A stretch of 64,000 nucleotides of DNA from Clostridia bacterium (lineage in GTDB: Bacteria > Bacillota > Clostridia > Oscillospirales > Acutalibacteraceae), in the NCBI GenBank assembly GCA_017516485.1, contig JAFXCH010000011.1, forward strand, positions 12,184 through 76,183. The letters are read 5' to 3'. Position 1 is the stretch's first letter; each line of letters begins with the position of its first letter. Below, piece by piece: positions 9,831-19,562 of this stretch. Made by a program: the position numbers and the translations under genes. The notes beneath the pieces are model-generated. The model had not been told where the DNA came from, did no database searches, and worked only from the letters and a program-made list of their open reading frames with translations.

Positions 9831-10592
9831 TTGCCGCTTATACTGATTTTGCTGGCAGCATTTGTTGTGGCCGTTTGTCTGGTTTATCTCGGAGTTATGG
9901 CTTACCACGATATATCGGCAAAAGTCAACTACGGTAAAGTGGCGGAAATAGCTTTAGGCTCCGATTCTCAGCCGCAGGTTGAAGGCGACGGCGGTACGGC
10001 GGTTACAAGCCCCGTTGACCTTGAGTCGCTTATAGATATTAACAGCGATGTTTATGCGTGGATTCGTATTCCCGGCACTCAGGTCGACTACCCCATAGCG
10101 CAGAGTGCGGTTGATGATAACTATTATCTTCATAAAAACATTTATAAGAAATATCTTTTTGCAGGTATGATATATACTCAATCGTGCAACAGCCTTGATT
10201 TTTATGACCCCGTAACGGTTGTTTACGGTCACAATATGCGTAAGGATACGATGTTCACAACGCTTCACTATTTTGAAGACCCCGATTTCTTCAATTCGCA
10301 CGATACATTTTATATCTACACGCGTGACCGTATGCTGACCTATAAAATAATTTCTGCTTACAAGTATGACAACCGTCATATTATGAATACGTTTGATTTT
10401 TCAAATCCCGACGTGCTCTATTCTTTCCAGCAGAATACGCTTGAGCCGATGTCTACACTGCGCAATGTCCGCAGCGGTATCAAGCTTGATGCCGACAGCA
10501 AAATTGTAGTGCTCAGCACATGTATGTCAAACGATAAAAAGTCAAGATATTTAGTAAACGGAGTGTTGGTAAGCGATGTCCCGATTTCATAA
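9831..10592 (+). CDS. srtB: class B sortase
   Basis: N-terminal TM helix. Motifs YAWIRIPGTQVDYPI, VVYGHNM, catalytic VVLSTC, and a C-terminal R in SRYLVNG. The track start is TTG at 9831. The frame is open back to 9744, with a possible CTG start at 9762 lying 5 nt after GGGGGAGG. Confidence 0.8.
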   Translation: MPLILILLAAFVVAVCLVYLGVMAYHDISAKVNYGKVAEIALGSDSQPQVEGDGGTAVTSPVDLESLIDINSDVYAWIRIPGTQVDYPIAQSAVDDNYYLHKNIYKKYLFAGMIYTQSCNSLDFYDPVTVVYGHNMRKDTMFTTLHYFEDPDFFNSHDTFYIYTRDRMLTYKIISAYKYDNRHIMNTFDFSNPDVLYSFQQNTLEPMSTLRNVRSGIKLDADSKIVVLSTCMSNDKKSRYLVNGVLVSDVPIS

Positions 10593-11718
10593 GAAAAATA
10601 AATACGATTCCGATAAAGACGTTACCCTCAACCGTACCGATATAAAATCGTACTCTGAGGTTGAAGATGGATTTCCTCTATACATCCCGAAAGAAAATGC
10701 GAAGCCCAAAAAGAAAAAATGGAAGAAAGTACTCTTGATTCTCTTTCTGATTTTCTTCCTCTTTATAGCTTCCTTTGCAATCACATTTTTAATTCTGCAG
10801 CATCAGGGTAAGAAAGCTCTTACTGATTACAAGGGTGTTGTAATCGAAAGCATCGATGAAGCGAAAACGCAGAATGACGGTAAAACAGTATATTACAACG
10901 GCAAGAAATATCAGTTCAACGAGAATATTACCTCAATAGCCTGTATGGGTATTGATAAAGATGATATCGGCACCTATGTCGATAAAATCGGTACGGCAGG
11001 TCAGGCGGATACAAATATGGTTCTTGTAATTGATACAAAAACCGGTGATGTAACCGTTATCTCAATACCCCGTGATATTATGGTTGATATGGGTGTCTAT
11101 ACAACTAAAGGTGACTATGCCGGTATGAAGAATCAGCAGCTCTGTCTTGCATACGCATACGGTGACGGTAAGCACACAAGCTGCCGCAATACAGTCGATG
11201 CAATTGAGCGAATACTGTTCGGTATTCCGGTGCAGTCTTATATCTCGCTTGATATAGAGGGTATCGGCCCGATTAACGATGCTATCGGCGGTGTTACCGT
11301 CAAGTCAACCGAAACAATCGGAGAATTCCGCAAGGGTCAGTCCGTTACGCTTCGCGGTAAACAAGCTGTTGACTTTGTGCGTGACCGTGGCGACGATAAG
11401 GATGCAAGTATCCGCAGAATGGAACGTCAGATGGCCTATGTTTCTGAGTTTGGTTCTGCAGCTGTAAAATCTGCAAAGCGTGATATCGGCACAATCACAA
11501 GGCTTTACAATACAACTTCAAAGTATTCGTGCACAAATGTCGAGCTCAGCTCAGTTACCTACCTTGCAACAAGCCTTCTCTCAAACGGCGTTACGGGACT
11601 CAAAACAGTCTCTATCCCCGGTGAAATGAAGCAGGGTGATGTGTATGCAGAGTTTTATATGGACAAGACGGCAACGTACGAAATGATACTCGACGTATAC
11701 TACAACGAAGTGGAATAA
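10576..11718 (+). CDS. LytR-CpsA-Psr (LCP) family cell-envelope phosphotransferase
   Basis: Cytoplasmic Lys-rich N-terminus, one TM helix, then the LCP core (ACMGIDKDD..., QADTNMVLVIDTKTGDVTVISIPRDIMV, FVRDRGDD..IRRMERQ). Confidence 0.8.
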   Translation: MSRFHKKNKYDSDKDVTLNRTDIKSYSEVEDGFPLYIPKENAKPKKKKWKKVLLILFLIFFLFIASFAITFLILQHQGKKALTDYKGVVIESIDEAKTQNDGKTVYYNGKKYQFNENITSIACMGIDKDDIGTYVDKIGTAGQADTNMVLVIDTKTGDVTVISIPRDIMVDMGVYTTKGDYAGMKNQQLCLAYAYGDGKHTSCRNTVDAIERILFGIPVQSYISLDIEGIGPINDAIGGVTVKSTETIGEFRKGQSVTLRGKQAVDFVRDRGDDKDASIRRMERQMAYVSEFGSAAVKSAKRDIGTITRLYNTTSKYSCTNVELSSVTYLATSLLSNGVTGLKTVSIPGEMKQGDVYAEFYMDKTATYEMILDVYYNEVE

Positions 11719-11724
11719 TTTCAT

Positions 11725-11756
11725 ATCACAGGCGGCCGACCGCCTGTGATTTTTTG
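11725..11756 (+). terminator. rho-independent terminator
   Basis: ATCACAGGCGG-CCGA-CCGCCTGTGAT followed by TTTTT. Confidence 0.75.
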
Positions 11757-11788
11757 AGTTGATAAACATTACATAAGGAGAAGAAAAA

Positions 11789-13198
11789 GTGACAAGAACT
11801 AAAAAAACTTCGGCACTCAAATCAAATATCATCGGTGACCGTGCGTTTTATTCGCGTATGTTCGTCATTGTTATACCGATAATAATTCAGAACACAATTA
11901 CAAATGTTGTCAGCCTGCTTGACAATGTTATGGTCGGTGCAATCGGTACACTTGAGATGTCTGCCGTTGCGATTGTAAATCAGCTGCTGTTTGTTTTTTA
12001 TATCTGTATTTTCGGCGGACTTTCCGGTGCAGGTATTTTTGCTACGCAGTATGCAGGCGCAAACGATAATGACGGTATAAAGCACTGCTTCCGTGCGAAG
12101 CTGATAATTGCTTTTGCGATGGTTGCCGTCGCTATGTGTGTTTTTATAATAATGCCCGACACGCTGGTGTCGTTATATCTTGCAGAGGGCACTTCACCTG
12201 CCGATGTTGAAGCTACAATGGGCTTTGCGATGGGCTATTTCAAGGTTATGCTCTTCGGTCTTGTGCCGTTTGCACTTTCACAGGTCTACTCAAGCACTCT
12301 GCGTGAGGTCGGCGAAACAAAGCTGCCGATGATTTCAAGTGTTACGGCAATTGCAGTCAACCTTATTTTTAACTATTTACTTATCTTCGGTAAATTAGGT
12401 TGCCCGAAGCTTGGCGTTACAGGTGCCGCTGTTGCAACCGTTTTATCCCGTTATGTTGAACTTGCAATCCTGCTTGTTTTCACTCACCGTCATACAGCAC
12501 GCTTCACGTTTATGAAGGGGGTTTACAGAAGTCTGCATATACCTAAAAAGCTTGTTGCCGATATTGCAAAGAGAGGTATGCCCCTGCTTCTCAATGAGGC
12601 ACTCTGGTCGGCAGGTATGGCAACACTTAACCAGTGCTACTCTATAAGAGGTCTTGAGGTTGTTGCCGCCGTAAATATTTCGTCTACGGTTTCAAACCTT
12701 TTCAATGTTGTATTCCTTTCAATGGGTAATGCAATTGCAATTATGGTAGGTCAGCATCTCGGTGCAAACGAGGTTGAAAAAGCCAAGCAGACCGCGTGGA
12801 GACTTATTGCGGCGACAGTTGCAGGCTGTGTTGTTATGGGCGCAATTCTTGCCGTCTGTGCACCGTTTATTCCTATGATTTATAACACTACGGCTGAGGT
12901 TCGTCAGCTTGCGACAAATCTTCTGCTTATAGGTGCGGCATTTATGCCTGTGATTTCTTTTGCGCACGATTGTTATTTTACAATCCGCTCAGGCGGTCGT
13001 ACTTTGCTTACACTTATTTTCGACAGCTGTTCAATGTGGTTTGTTGCAGTGCCGCTTGCCGCTGTGCTTGCAAACTTTACATCTTTGCCGATATTACCGC
13101 TCTTTACTGTTGTGCAGTGCATTGAAATTTTCAAGAGCATTATCGGTTTTATACTTGTAAAAAAAGGTATATGGATACGCAACATTATTGATAATTAA
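11789..13198 (+). CDS. MATE family efflux transporter
   Basis: GTG start 7 nt after AAGGAG. 12-TM protein with MATE N-terminal motif FVIVIPIIIQNTITNVVSLLDNVMVG. Confidence 0.8.
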   Translation: MTRTKKTSALKSNIIGDRAFYSRMFVIVIPIIIQNTITNVVSLLDNVMVGAIGTLEMSAVAIVNQLLFVFYICIFGGLSGAGIFATQYAGANDNDGIKHCFRAKLIIAFAMVAVAMCVFIIMPDTLVSLYLAEGTSPADVEATMGFAMGYFKVMLFGLVPFALSQVYSSTLREVGETKLPMISSVTAIAVNLIFNYLLIFGKLGCPKLGVTGAAVATVLSRYVELAILLVFTHRHTARFTFMKGVYRSLHIPKKLVADIAKRGMPLLLNEALWSAGMATLNQCYSIRGLEVVAAVNISSTVSNLFNVVFLSMGNAIAIMVGQHLGANEVEKAKQTAWRLIAATVAGCVVMGAILAVCAPFIPMIYNTTAEVRQLATNLLLIGAAFMPVISFAHDCYFTIRSGGRTLLTLIFDSCSMWFVAVPLAAVLANFTSLPILPLFTVVQCIEIFKSIIGFILVKKGIWIRNIIDN

Positions 13199-13207
13199 AA
13201 ATGAAAA

Positions 13208-13245
13208 ATCCTCACAAAGCGATTGAGCTTAGTGAGGATAATTTT

Positions 13246-13248
<3 letters not shown>
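13208..13248. terminator. bidirectional terminator between convergent MATE and pyrR genes
   Basis: ATCCTCAC...GTGAGGAT hairpin flanked by A-run/T-run. Confidence 0.55.
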
Positions 13249-13869
<621 letters not shown>

Positions 13870-14133
13870 TTAGTCGGAGAAACCGGACTCTACAAGGCGA
13901 ACAAGCTCGTCAACAGCCTGAGTTTCGTCGATACCGCCTGCGATGATGCGGATATCTGTGCCGCCCATGATGCCGAGTGAAAGTACGCCGAGAAGGCTCT
14001 TAGCGTTAACACGGCGATCCTCTTTCTCTACCCAAATAGAAGACTTGAACTCATTTGCCTTCTGGATGAAGAATGTTGCGGGACGAGCGTGAAGACCAAC
14101 CTGGTTCTGAACAGTTACATCTTTAACATACAT
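13870..14133 (-). CDS. ptsH: phosphocarrier protein HPr
   Basis: MYVKDVTVQNQVGLHARPAT contains the His15 site. NAKSLLGVLSLG contains the Ser46 site. Start set to the ATG at 14133. Confidence 0.9.
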   Translation of the reverse strand: MYVKDVTVQNQVGLHARPATFFIQKANEFKSSIWVEKEDRRVNAKSLLGVLSLGIMGGTDIRIIAGGIDETQAVDELVRLVESGFSD

Positions 14134-14462
14134 AGTAAAACAAACTCCCTCTGATATAGTTGATGAAGGCAAAAAGCCTATACGATTTCGTGTGTCGTAA
14201 TTCATATTATACCACAAAAAACCGCTCCGTCAATGAATAAAACACCAGTTTGAGAAAAATCGGATACAACACCAAACAGTGTTTTTTTGGCAATACTCAG
14301 TTTGTGCAGGTTGCACACTTTTTTTTGAGGGGGTTATTGCACTTTGCCGAGCGAAAGAGCACGAATAAAGGAATAATGTCAATTTTTTGTTAAATCTATT
14401 GTGCTTAAAAAACATATATATTATAATCAAATTAACTAAATTATAAACGGAGGGAATACCCC

Positions 14463-14927
14463 ATGATAACAGGTAAAATTGACGACCTTAAGCTTTATTA
14501 CAGCGTATGTCCCGAATTTGAAAAGGTTTACGAATTTGTAAAAGAATATTTTGAAAACCCGAAGCCCGACGGCAGCTATGAGCTTATTGCTGACAAGCTC
14601 ACAGCAAGCATAGCTACTAATATTACAGGTGCCGCCGAAACAAAACAGCTCGAGGCTCACCGCAGATATGCCGACGTTCAGGTTGTACTCAAGGGTGTTG
14701 AACGTATCGACTGGGCACATATCTCCGACTGTAAGGTTGAGCTGAGCGAAGAATTTTCAAAGGGCGGCGACATCGGCTTCTATGCAGACCCCGAGTATGT
14801 CAGCAGCATCATTCTCGATGCAGGCACTTTTGTCTACCTTCTTCCCGAAGATGCTCACAAGCCTTGCGTTAACGCAGGTGCTGATAGTGCCGAGGTTACA
14901 AAGGTTGTATTCAAGGTAAAACTTTAA
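14463..14927 (+). CDS. YhcH/YjgK/YiaL family (DUF386) protein
   Basis: About 150 aa with EAHRRYADVQVVLKGVERIDWA and LLPEDAHKP motifs typical of the family. Confidence 0.7.
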   Translation: MITGKIDDLKLYYSVCPEFEKVYEFVKEYFENPKPDGSYELIADKLTASIATNITGAAETKQLEAHRRYADVQVVLKGVERIDWAHISDCKVELSEEFSKGGDIGFYADPEYVSSIILDAGTFVYLLPEDAHKPCVNAGADSAEVTKVVFKVKL

Positions 14928-14945
14928 TAAAGAGGGTAAATATTT

Positions 14946-15869
14946 ATGTTTGATAAGTTTCTTACGGAAAAACTCAAGTTTGCCTACAGACAGGTATGGG
15001 GCTTCAATCAGCTCGGTACATACTTCAAACAGCTTTTCTCTTTTTCACCCAAAAAAGTTATTGCGGCAATTCTTGCTATTGCCGAGATTTTCGGCCTGAT
15101 TATTTTTGATTCAGCTCTCACTCCGCGAGGCGAAGAGCTTGACCTTACAGGTTATGAGCTCGTTTTTGAGGATGAGTTCGACGGCTCTGAGCTTAACCTT
15201 GATGTCTGGCAGTATTGGGGTACGGGTGCAGAGCGTGGCGGCTACTGCTACTCACCCTCACAGACAAAGGTTGAAAACGGCAACCTCATAATTACCGGCG
15301 AATATCTTGAGGACGGTGCACTCGGTGCAGGCTGGTATTGCGGTGATATCGCACTTCGTGAGTGGTATAAGCAGGGCTATTTCGAAATCAAGTGCAAGGC
15401 AAGTGCAGGCGGCGCAATGTGGTCTGCTTTCTGGATTCAGGCAAAGCATCCCTACGAGGCTGAATATTCTCAGGGCGGCGTAGGCGGCGCTGAAATCGAT
15501 ATTTTCGAAGCTATGAATTGGGGCAAAACTCTCGGCTCAAATGCCGTAGCACAGACAATTCACTGCGCAGGTGTAGACGGTGTGCAGGAGGGCTTCCAGT
15601 CCAGAATGCTCGGCGAATTCAAAGGCAAAAATATCTATGATGAGTACAACACCTACGGTCTTAAGTGGACTGAGAATGAGTATATTTTCTACGTAAACGG
15701 TGTTGAAACAGCACGTTCAACTTTCGGTAACGGTGTTTCTCAGGTAGAGGAGCAGGTCAGAGTTTCGCTTTGTCAGGGCTCAGCAGAGGCTCTTGCACAG
15801 CTCGACCCCGAAACATACCATTCCGAGTTTGTTGTTGACTATGTAAGAATTTATCAGATTAGTGAATAA
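14946..15869 (+). CDS. membrane-anchored glycoside hydrolase family 16 (beta-glucanase-like), paralog 1
   Basis: GH16 catalytic motif GGAEIDIFE (ExDxxE). One N-terminal TM helix (VIAAILAIAEIFGLIIF). Confidence 0.8.
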   Translation: MFDKFLTEKLKFAYRQVWGFNQLGTYFKQLFSFSPKKVIAAILAIAEIFGLIIFDSALTPRGEELDLTGYELVFEDEFDGSELNLDVWQYWGTGAERGGYCYSPSQTKVENGNLIITGEYLEDGALGAGWYCGDIALREWYKQGYFEIKCKASAGGAMWSAFWIQAKHPYEAEYSQGGVGGAEIDIFEAMNWGKTLGSNAVAQTIHCAGVDGVQEGFQSRMLGEFKGKNIYDEYNTYGLKWTENEYIFYVNGVETARSTFGNGVSQVEEQVRVSLCQGSAEALAQLDPETYHSEFVVDYVRIYQISE

Positions 15870-15884
15870 CAGGGGAATTTGTTT

Positions 15885-16802
15885 ATGGAAAAATTTTTGA
15901 CGGAAAAACTTAAGTTTGCCTACAGACAGGTGTGGGCATATAATCAGCTCGGTACGTATTTCAAACAGCTTTTCTCATTTTCACCCAAAAAGATTATTGC
16001 GGCAATAGTTGCGATTGCCGAGCTTTTCGGCCTTATGATTTTTGATACAGCCACAACGCCAAGAGGCCCCGAGCTTGACCTTACGGGTTACGAGCTCGTT
16101 TTTGAAGATGAGTTTAACGGTACGGCACTTAATACGGACGTATGGCAGTACAGAGGCAGCGGCCCTCGCAGAGGTGGCTTTAATGCTGAGAGTCAGGTAA
16201 AGGTTGAAGACGGCAACCTGATTATCACAGGTGACTACCAGACCGACGGCACATACGGCGAAGGCTGGTACACAGGTATGATTAAGCTCAAGGAAAGATA
16301 CTGTAAGGGTTACTTTGAAATCCGTTGTAAGGTCAATGACGGCGACGGTTTCTGGTCAGCTTTCTGGATTCAGGCTGACAGCCCGTATACCGCTTCTGTT
16401 TCAAAGGGCGGTGTCGGCGGTGCTGAAATCGATATTTTCGAGTCTATCGGTACACCCACTTTCTTCAGCAGAAACTCTGTTACACAGACTATCCACTGTG
16501 CAGGTGTTGACGGTGTGGAAGAGGGATTCCAGTCGCGTATTCTCGGCGAATTCAAGGGCAAAAATATCTGTGATGAGTACAATACCTACGGCCTTAAGTG
16601 GACTGAGGATGAGTATATCTTCTACATCAACGGTGTTGAAACCGCACGCTCATCATTCGGCAACGGTGTTTCCGAGGTTATGGAAGACGTTATCGTTTCT
16701 CTCGAAATTCCCGATGAAGCTAAGCTTGCAGAGCTTGATAAAGAAAATTATCATACCGAGTTTATTGTCGATTACGTAAGAATATATCAGATTGCTGAAT
16801 AA
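15885..16802 (+). CDS. membrane-anchored glycoside hydrolase family 16, paralog 2
   Basis: GGAEIDIFE motif and the same architecture as paralog 1. ATG at 15885; the track start 15879 is an upstream TTG. Confidence 0.8.
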   Translation: MEKFLTEKLKFAYRQVWAYNQLGTYFKQLFSFSPKKIIAAIVAIAELFGLMIFDTATTPRGPELDLTGYELVFEDEFNGTALNTDVWQYRGSGPRRGGFNAESQVKVEDGNLIITGDYQTDGTYGEGWYTGMIKLKERYCKGYFEIRCKVNDGDGFWSAFWIQADSPYTASVSKGGVGGAEIDIFESIGTPTFFSRNSVTQTIHCAGVDGVEEGFQSRILGEFKGKNICDEYNTYGLKWTEDEYIFYINGVETARSSFGNGVSEVMEDVIVSLEIPDEAKLAELDKENYHTEFIVDYVRIYQIAE

Positions 16803-16820
16803 TTCATGGAGGTAATAAAA

Positions 16821-17744
16821 ATGTTTGACAAATTCTTAACTGAAGTACTCAAGCTTGCTCCGTGGCAGATGCACGGTGTTGACCTTCAGAGGAAATACCT
16901 TAAAAAAGCATTCACCTCAGGCTCTTTGAAGACGTTGATAGCTTCACTGCTTGTTGTTGCAGAGCTTATCGGTCTTACTGTTTTCGATCTTCCCGTAAGA
17001 CCTCTCGGAGATGAGCTTGACCTCACAGGTTACAGCCTTGTTTTTGAAGATGAGTTTAATGGTACCGAGCTTGATACAACCGTATGGGATTACAGAGGAA
17101 GCGGCCCGAGAAGAGGCGGCTTCAACGCCGAAAGCCAGGTTAAGGTTGAAGACGGCAATATGATTATGACGGGCGATTATCAGACCGACGGTACATACGG
17201 CGAAGGCTGGTATACGGGTATGATAAAGCTCAAGGAGCGTTACTGCAAGGGCTACTTTGAAATCCGTTGCATCCTTAACGAAGGCTCAGGCTTCTGGTCA
17301 GCTTTCTGGATTCAGGCTGATGCACCCTATACCGCTTCCGTTTCCAAGGGCGGTGTCGGTGGTGCCGAAATTGACATAATGGAAAGCTATAACAACGAAA
17401 CACATAAGCGCTATGAATCAGTCGCACAGACGATTCACTGTGCAGGTGTCGACGGTGTGCAGGAGGGCTATCAGTCCGAGCGTCTCGGATATTACAAGGG
17501 CAACAATATTCATCAGGAGTATAATACCTACGGTGTTATGTGGACTGACGATGAGTATATTTTCTACGTTAATGGTGTAGAGACCTGCCGCAGCTCATTC
17601 GGCGAAGGTGTTTCCGAGGTTATGGAAGATGTTATAGTTTCTCTCGAAATCCCCGATGAAACTCAGCTCGCAGCACTTGATAAGGAAACTTATCACACAG
17701 AGTTTATTGTCGATTATGTAAGAATTTATCAGATTGCCGAATAA
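16821..17744 (+). CDS. membrane-anchored glycoside hydrolase family 16, paralog 3
   Basis: GGAEIDIME motif. ATG at 16821 lies 7 nt after GGAGG. The catalytic domain has long stretches identical to paralog 2. Confidence 0.8.
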   Translation: MFDKFLTEVLKLAPWQMHGVDLQRKYLKKAFTSGSLKTLIASLLVVAELIGLTVFDLPVRPLGDELDLTGYSLVFEDEFNGTELDTTVWDYRGSGPRRGGFNAESQVKVEDGNMIMTGDYQTDGTYGEGWYTGMIKLKERYCKGYFEIRCILNEGSGFWSAFWIQADAPYTASVSKGGVGGAEIDIMESYNNETHKRYESVAQTIHCAGVDGVQEGYQSERLGYYKGNNIHQEYNTYGVMWTDDEYIFYVNGVETCRSSFGEGVSEVMEDVIVSLEIPDETQLAALDKETYHTEFIVDYVRIYQIAE

Positions 17745-17749
17745 TCAAA

Positions 17750-17785
17750 AAGCGTACAGAGGTTTATCCTCTGTACGCTTTTCTT
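17750..17785. terminator. bidirectional terminator between GH16-3 and aroK
   Basis: AGCGTACAGAGG-TTTAT-CCTCTGTACGCT followed by TTTTCTTTT. Confidence 0.75.
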
Positions 17786-18280
17786 TTACATTATCATCGC
17801 TATTATTCTGTCAACGCATTGCTCTGCCGTAAGTCCGGAGCAGTCGAGAGTGATGTCGGCATACTGTTCGTAAATGCTTTTTCTTTCGTTATACAGTTCC
17901 GCTACGGTAGTACCGTTTTTCATCGCAACACCTCGTGTGTGAATGTCACCGAGTCTGCGTTCAATTTCAGCCAGCGGTAGCTGAAGATAAACCACAGTGC
18001 CGTTTTCTTTAAGCTTTTGCATAGCCTCTGTGCCGTACACAGCACTACCGCCCGTTGCAATAACGCTTTTCTCAAATTCACCCGAGCAGATTACGTCGTT
18101 TTCGATTCTGAGAAATTCGTCCGTACCGTTTTCGTCTATAATGTCGCAAAGGCTCTTGTTGTAGGCGTTCTGTATCATAAGGTCAGTGTCTACAAAGCTG
18201 TACAGCATCGATTTTGCAAGCAGTACGCCTATCGTGCTCTTGCCTGCACCCGGCATACCTATAAGTACAACGTTTTTCAT
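17786..18280 (-). CDS. aroK: shikimate kinase
   Basis: Walker A GMPGAGKSTIG, a DTD motif, IATGGSAV, and about 164 aa in length. Confidence 0.75.
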   Translation of the reverse strand: MKNVVLIGMPGAGKSTIGVLLAKSMLYSFVDTDLMIQNAYNKSLCDIIDENGTDEFLRIENDVICSGEFEKSVIATGGSAVYGTEAMQKLKENGTVVYLQLPLAEIERRLGDIHTRGVAMKNGTTVAELYNERKSIYEQYADITLDCSGLTAEQCVDRIIAMIM

Positions 18281-18365
18281 TTTTTATCTCCCTTTGCTTG
18301 ATGAAAATATTTTAGTATATATCACTGATTAAATCAAGACGCATATGAATAATGCGTTTAAAAAA

Positions 18366-18520
18366 CGCAAATCATGCAAAATGAAATTTTGCAAATCATG
18401 ATTTTGAAAAAATCAAATCATGCCGTACGGCAAATCATAAAAAGAAGCGATAATGATTTGCTTCGCATGATTTGTTGCTTGCCGCAACATGATTTCTCGT
18501 TCCCACTCCATGATTTGAAT
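18366..18520. repeat. array of eight AAATCATG motifs (four forward, then four inverted) in the aroK/spoVAC divergent intergenic region
   Basis: Forward copies: GCAAATCATG near 18367, 18391 (a palindrome, AAATCATGATTT) and 18413, and a degenerate AAATCATA near 18432. Inverted copies: ATGATTT at 18453, and CATGATTT at 18466, 18488 and 18509. Spacings are 14-25 nt, several of them 21-22 nt. Confidence 0.6.
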
Positions 18521-18589
18521 TGATAAATCAATTCATTGTATAATCTGTACCCTTTTGCAAAAAATAACTTGCAAAAGGGGAGATTTTTT

Positions 18590-19027
18590 ATGGATAAAAA
18601 ATCATACAAAAAAATGGTGCACAATACTGTGCCGCCGTCACCTAAAATCAAAAACACGCTCTTTGCTTTTTTGTTCGGCGGCGGAATCTGTACAATCGGT
18701 CAGGCATTCCGTATGCTCTATATCTATTTAGGAGCAGATAAAGATACTGCATCAACTCTTGTTGCTATAACGCTTATTGTGATAGCGGCAATCCTTACGG
18801 GTGCAGGTGTTTTCGATAAAATCGCACGCTATGCGGGAGCAGGCACAATTGTACCTATTACGGGCTTTGCAAATTCTGTTGTGTCACCTGCAATGGAGTT
18901 TAAAACCGAGGGTAATATACTCGGCACAGCTGCAAATATGTTCAAAATCGCAGGCCCCGTCATCGTCTACGGCACCGCCGCCGCATTTGTCTACGGCGTT
19001 ATTTATTGGATAACGACATTGTTTTAA
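18590..19027 (+). CDS. spoVAC: stage V sporulation protein AC
   Basis: Motifs FLFGGGICTIGQ, GAGTIVPITGFANSV and GPVIVYG. ATG at 18590 follows AAAGGGGAG. No spoVAD or spoVAE follows. Confidence 0.85.
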   Translation: MDKKSYKKMVHNTVPPSPKIKNTLFAFLFGGGICTIGQAFRMLYIYLGADKDTASTLVAITLIVIAAILTGAGVFDKIARYAGAGTIVPITGFANSVVSPAMEFKTEGNILGTAANMFKIAGPVIVYGTAAAFVYGVIYWITTLF

Positions 19028-19063
19028 CCAAACAGGCTTGACCAAATCGGCCAAGCCTTTTAA

Positions 19064-19471
19064 TCAATTTAGGAAGTCTTCGAAAAGTGCAGGGTCAGTT
19101 TCGGTTTTATCAACCTTACCATTTAAATAATATGACAAACAGACATCATATATCATAGAACCATCAGGATCGTTCTTCGTGTAGATTGAAAACAAAAACT
19201 CTTTTTCAACGATATATGCACTATAATTAACACCATATGTAGAGAAACAAGCCTTCTCAGCAGGGATATCCCACTTGTTTGAAGATAAGTAGTTCTTTGT
19301 AATGTTGATAAATTCCACTTTTGTTAATTGTGGATATTTATCTGATGATTTCATTATTTCAGATAGATAATCTGTGTTCACATTAGGTCTTTCGATTTGT
19401 TCTTTGGAACACCCCACAAAAGAAAAAAGAACAAACAACAAGGATAGCAGAATACATATAGTTCTTTTCAT
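19064..19471 (-). CDS. hypothetical lipoprotein
   Basis: MKRTICILLSLLFVLFSFVGC gives a signal peptide and lipobox. No recognisable domain. Confidence 0.6.
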   Translation of the reverse strand: MKRTICILLSLLFVLFSFVGCSKEQIERPNVNTDYLSEIMKSSDKYPQLTKVEFINITKNYLSSNKWDIPAEKACFSTYGVNYSAYIVEKEFLFSIYTKNDPDGSMIYDVCLSYYLNGKVDKTETDPALFEDFLN

Positions 19472-19562
19472 ATACCACACCTCACTTTACTTCATTATAC
19501 TACGCCACCGTTTTATTGTAAATTTTTTTGCCAAACCGGTGTGTCCTATATTGACAGTAGCA

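Noticed and set aside
14230-14720. Minus-strand ORFs of 66 and 94 aa between ptsH and the yhcH-like gene.
   Set aside because: They lie in AT-rich promoter or leader DNA and antisense to the yhcH-like start. They have no RBS or motifs.
18366-18520. The motif array, considered as a CRISPR or minisatellite.
   Set aside because: The units are only 8 nt, occur in both orientations, and have irregular non-unique spacers. No cas genes are nearby. It is kept as a regulatory-type finding instead.
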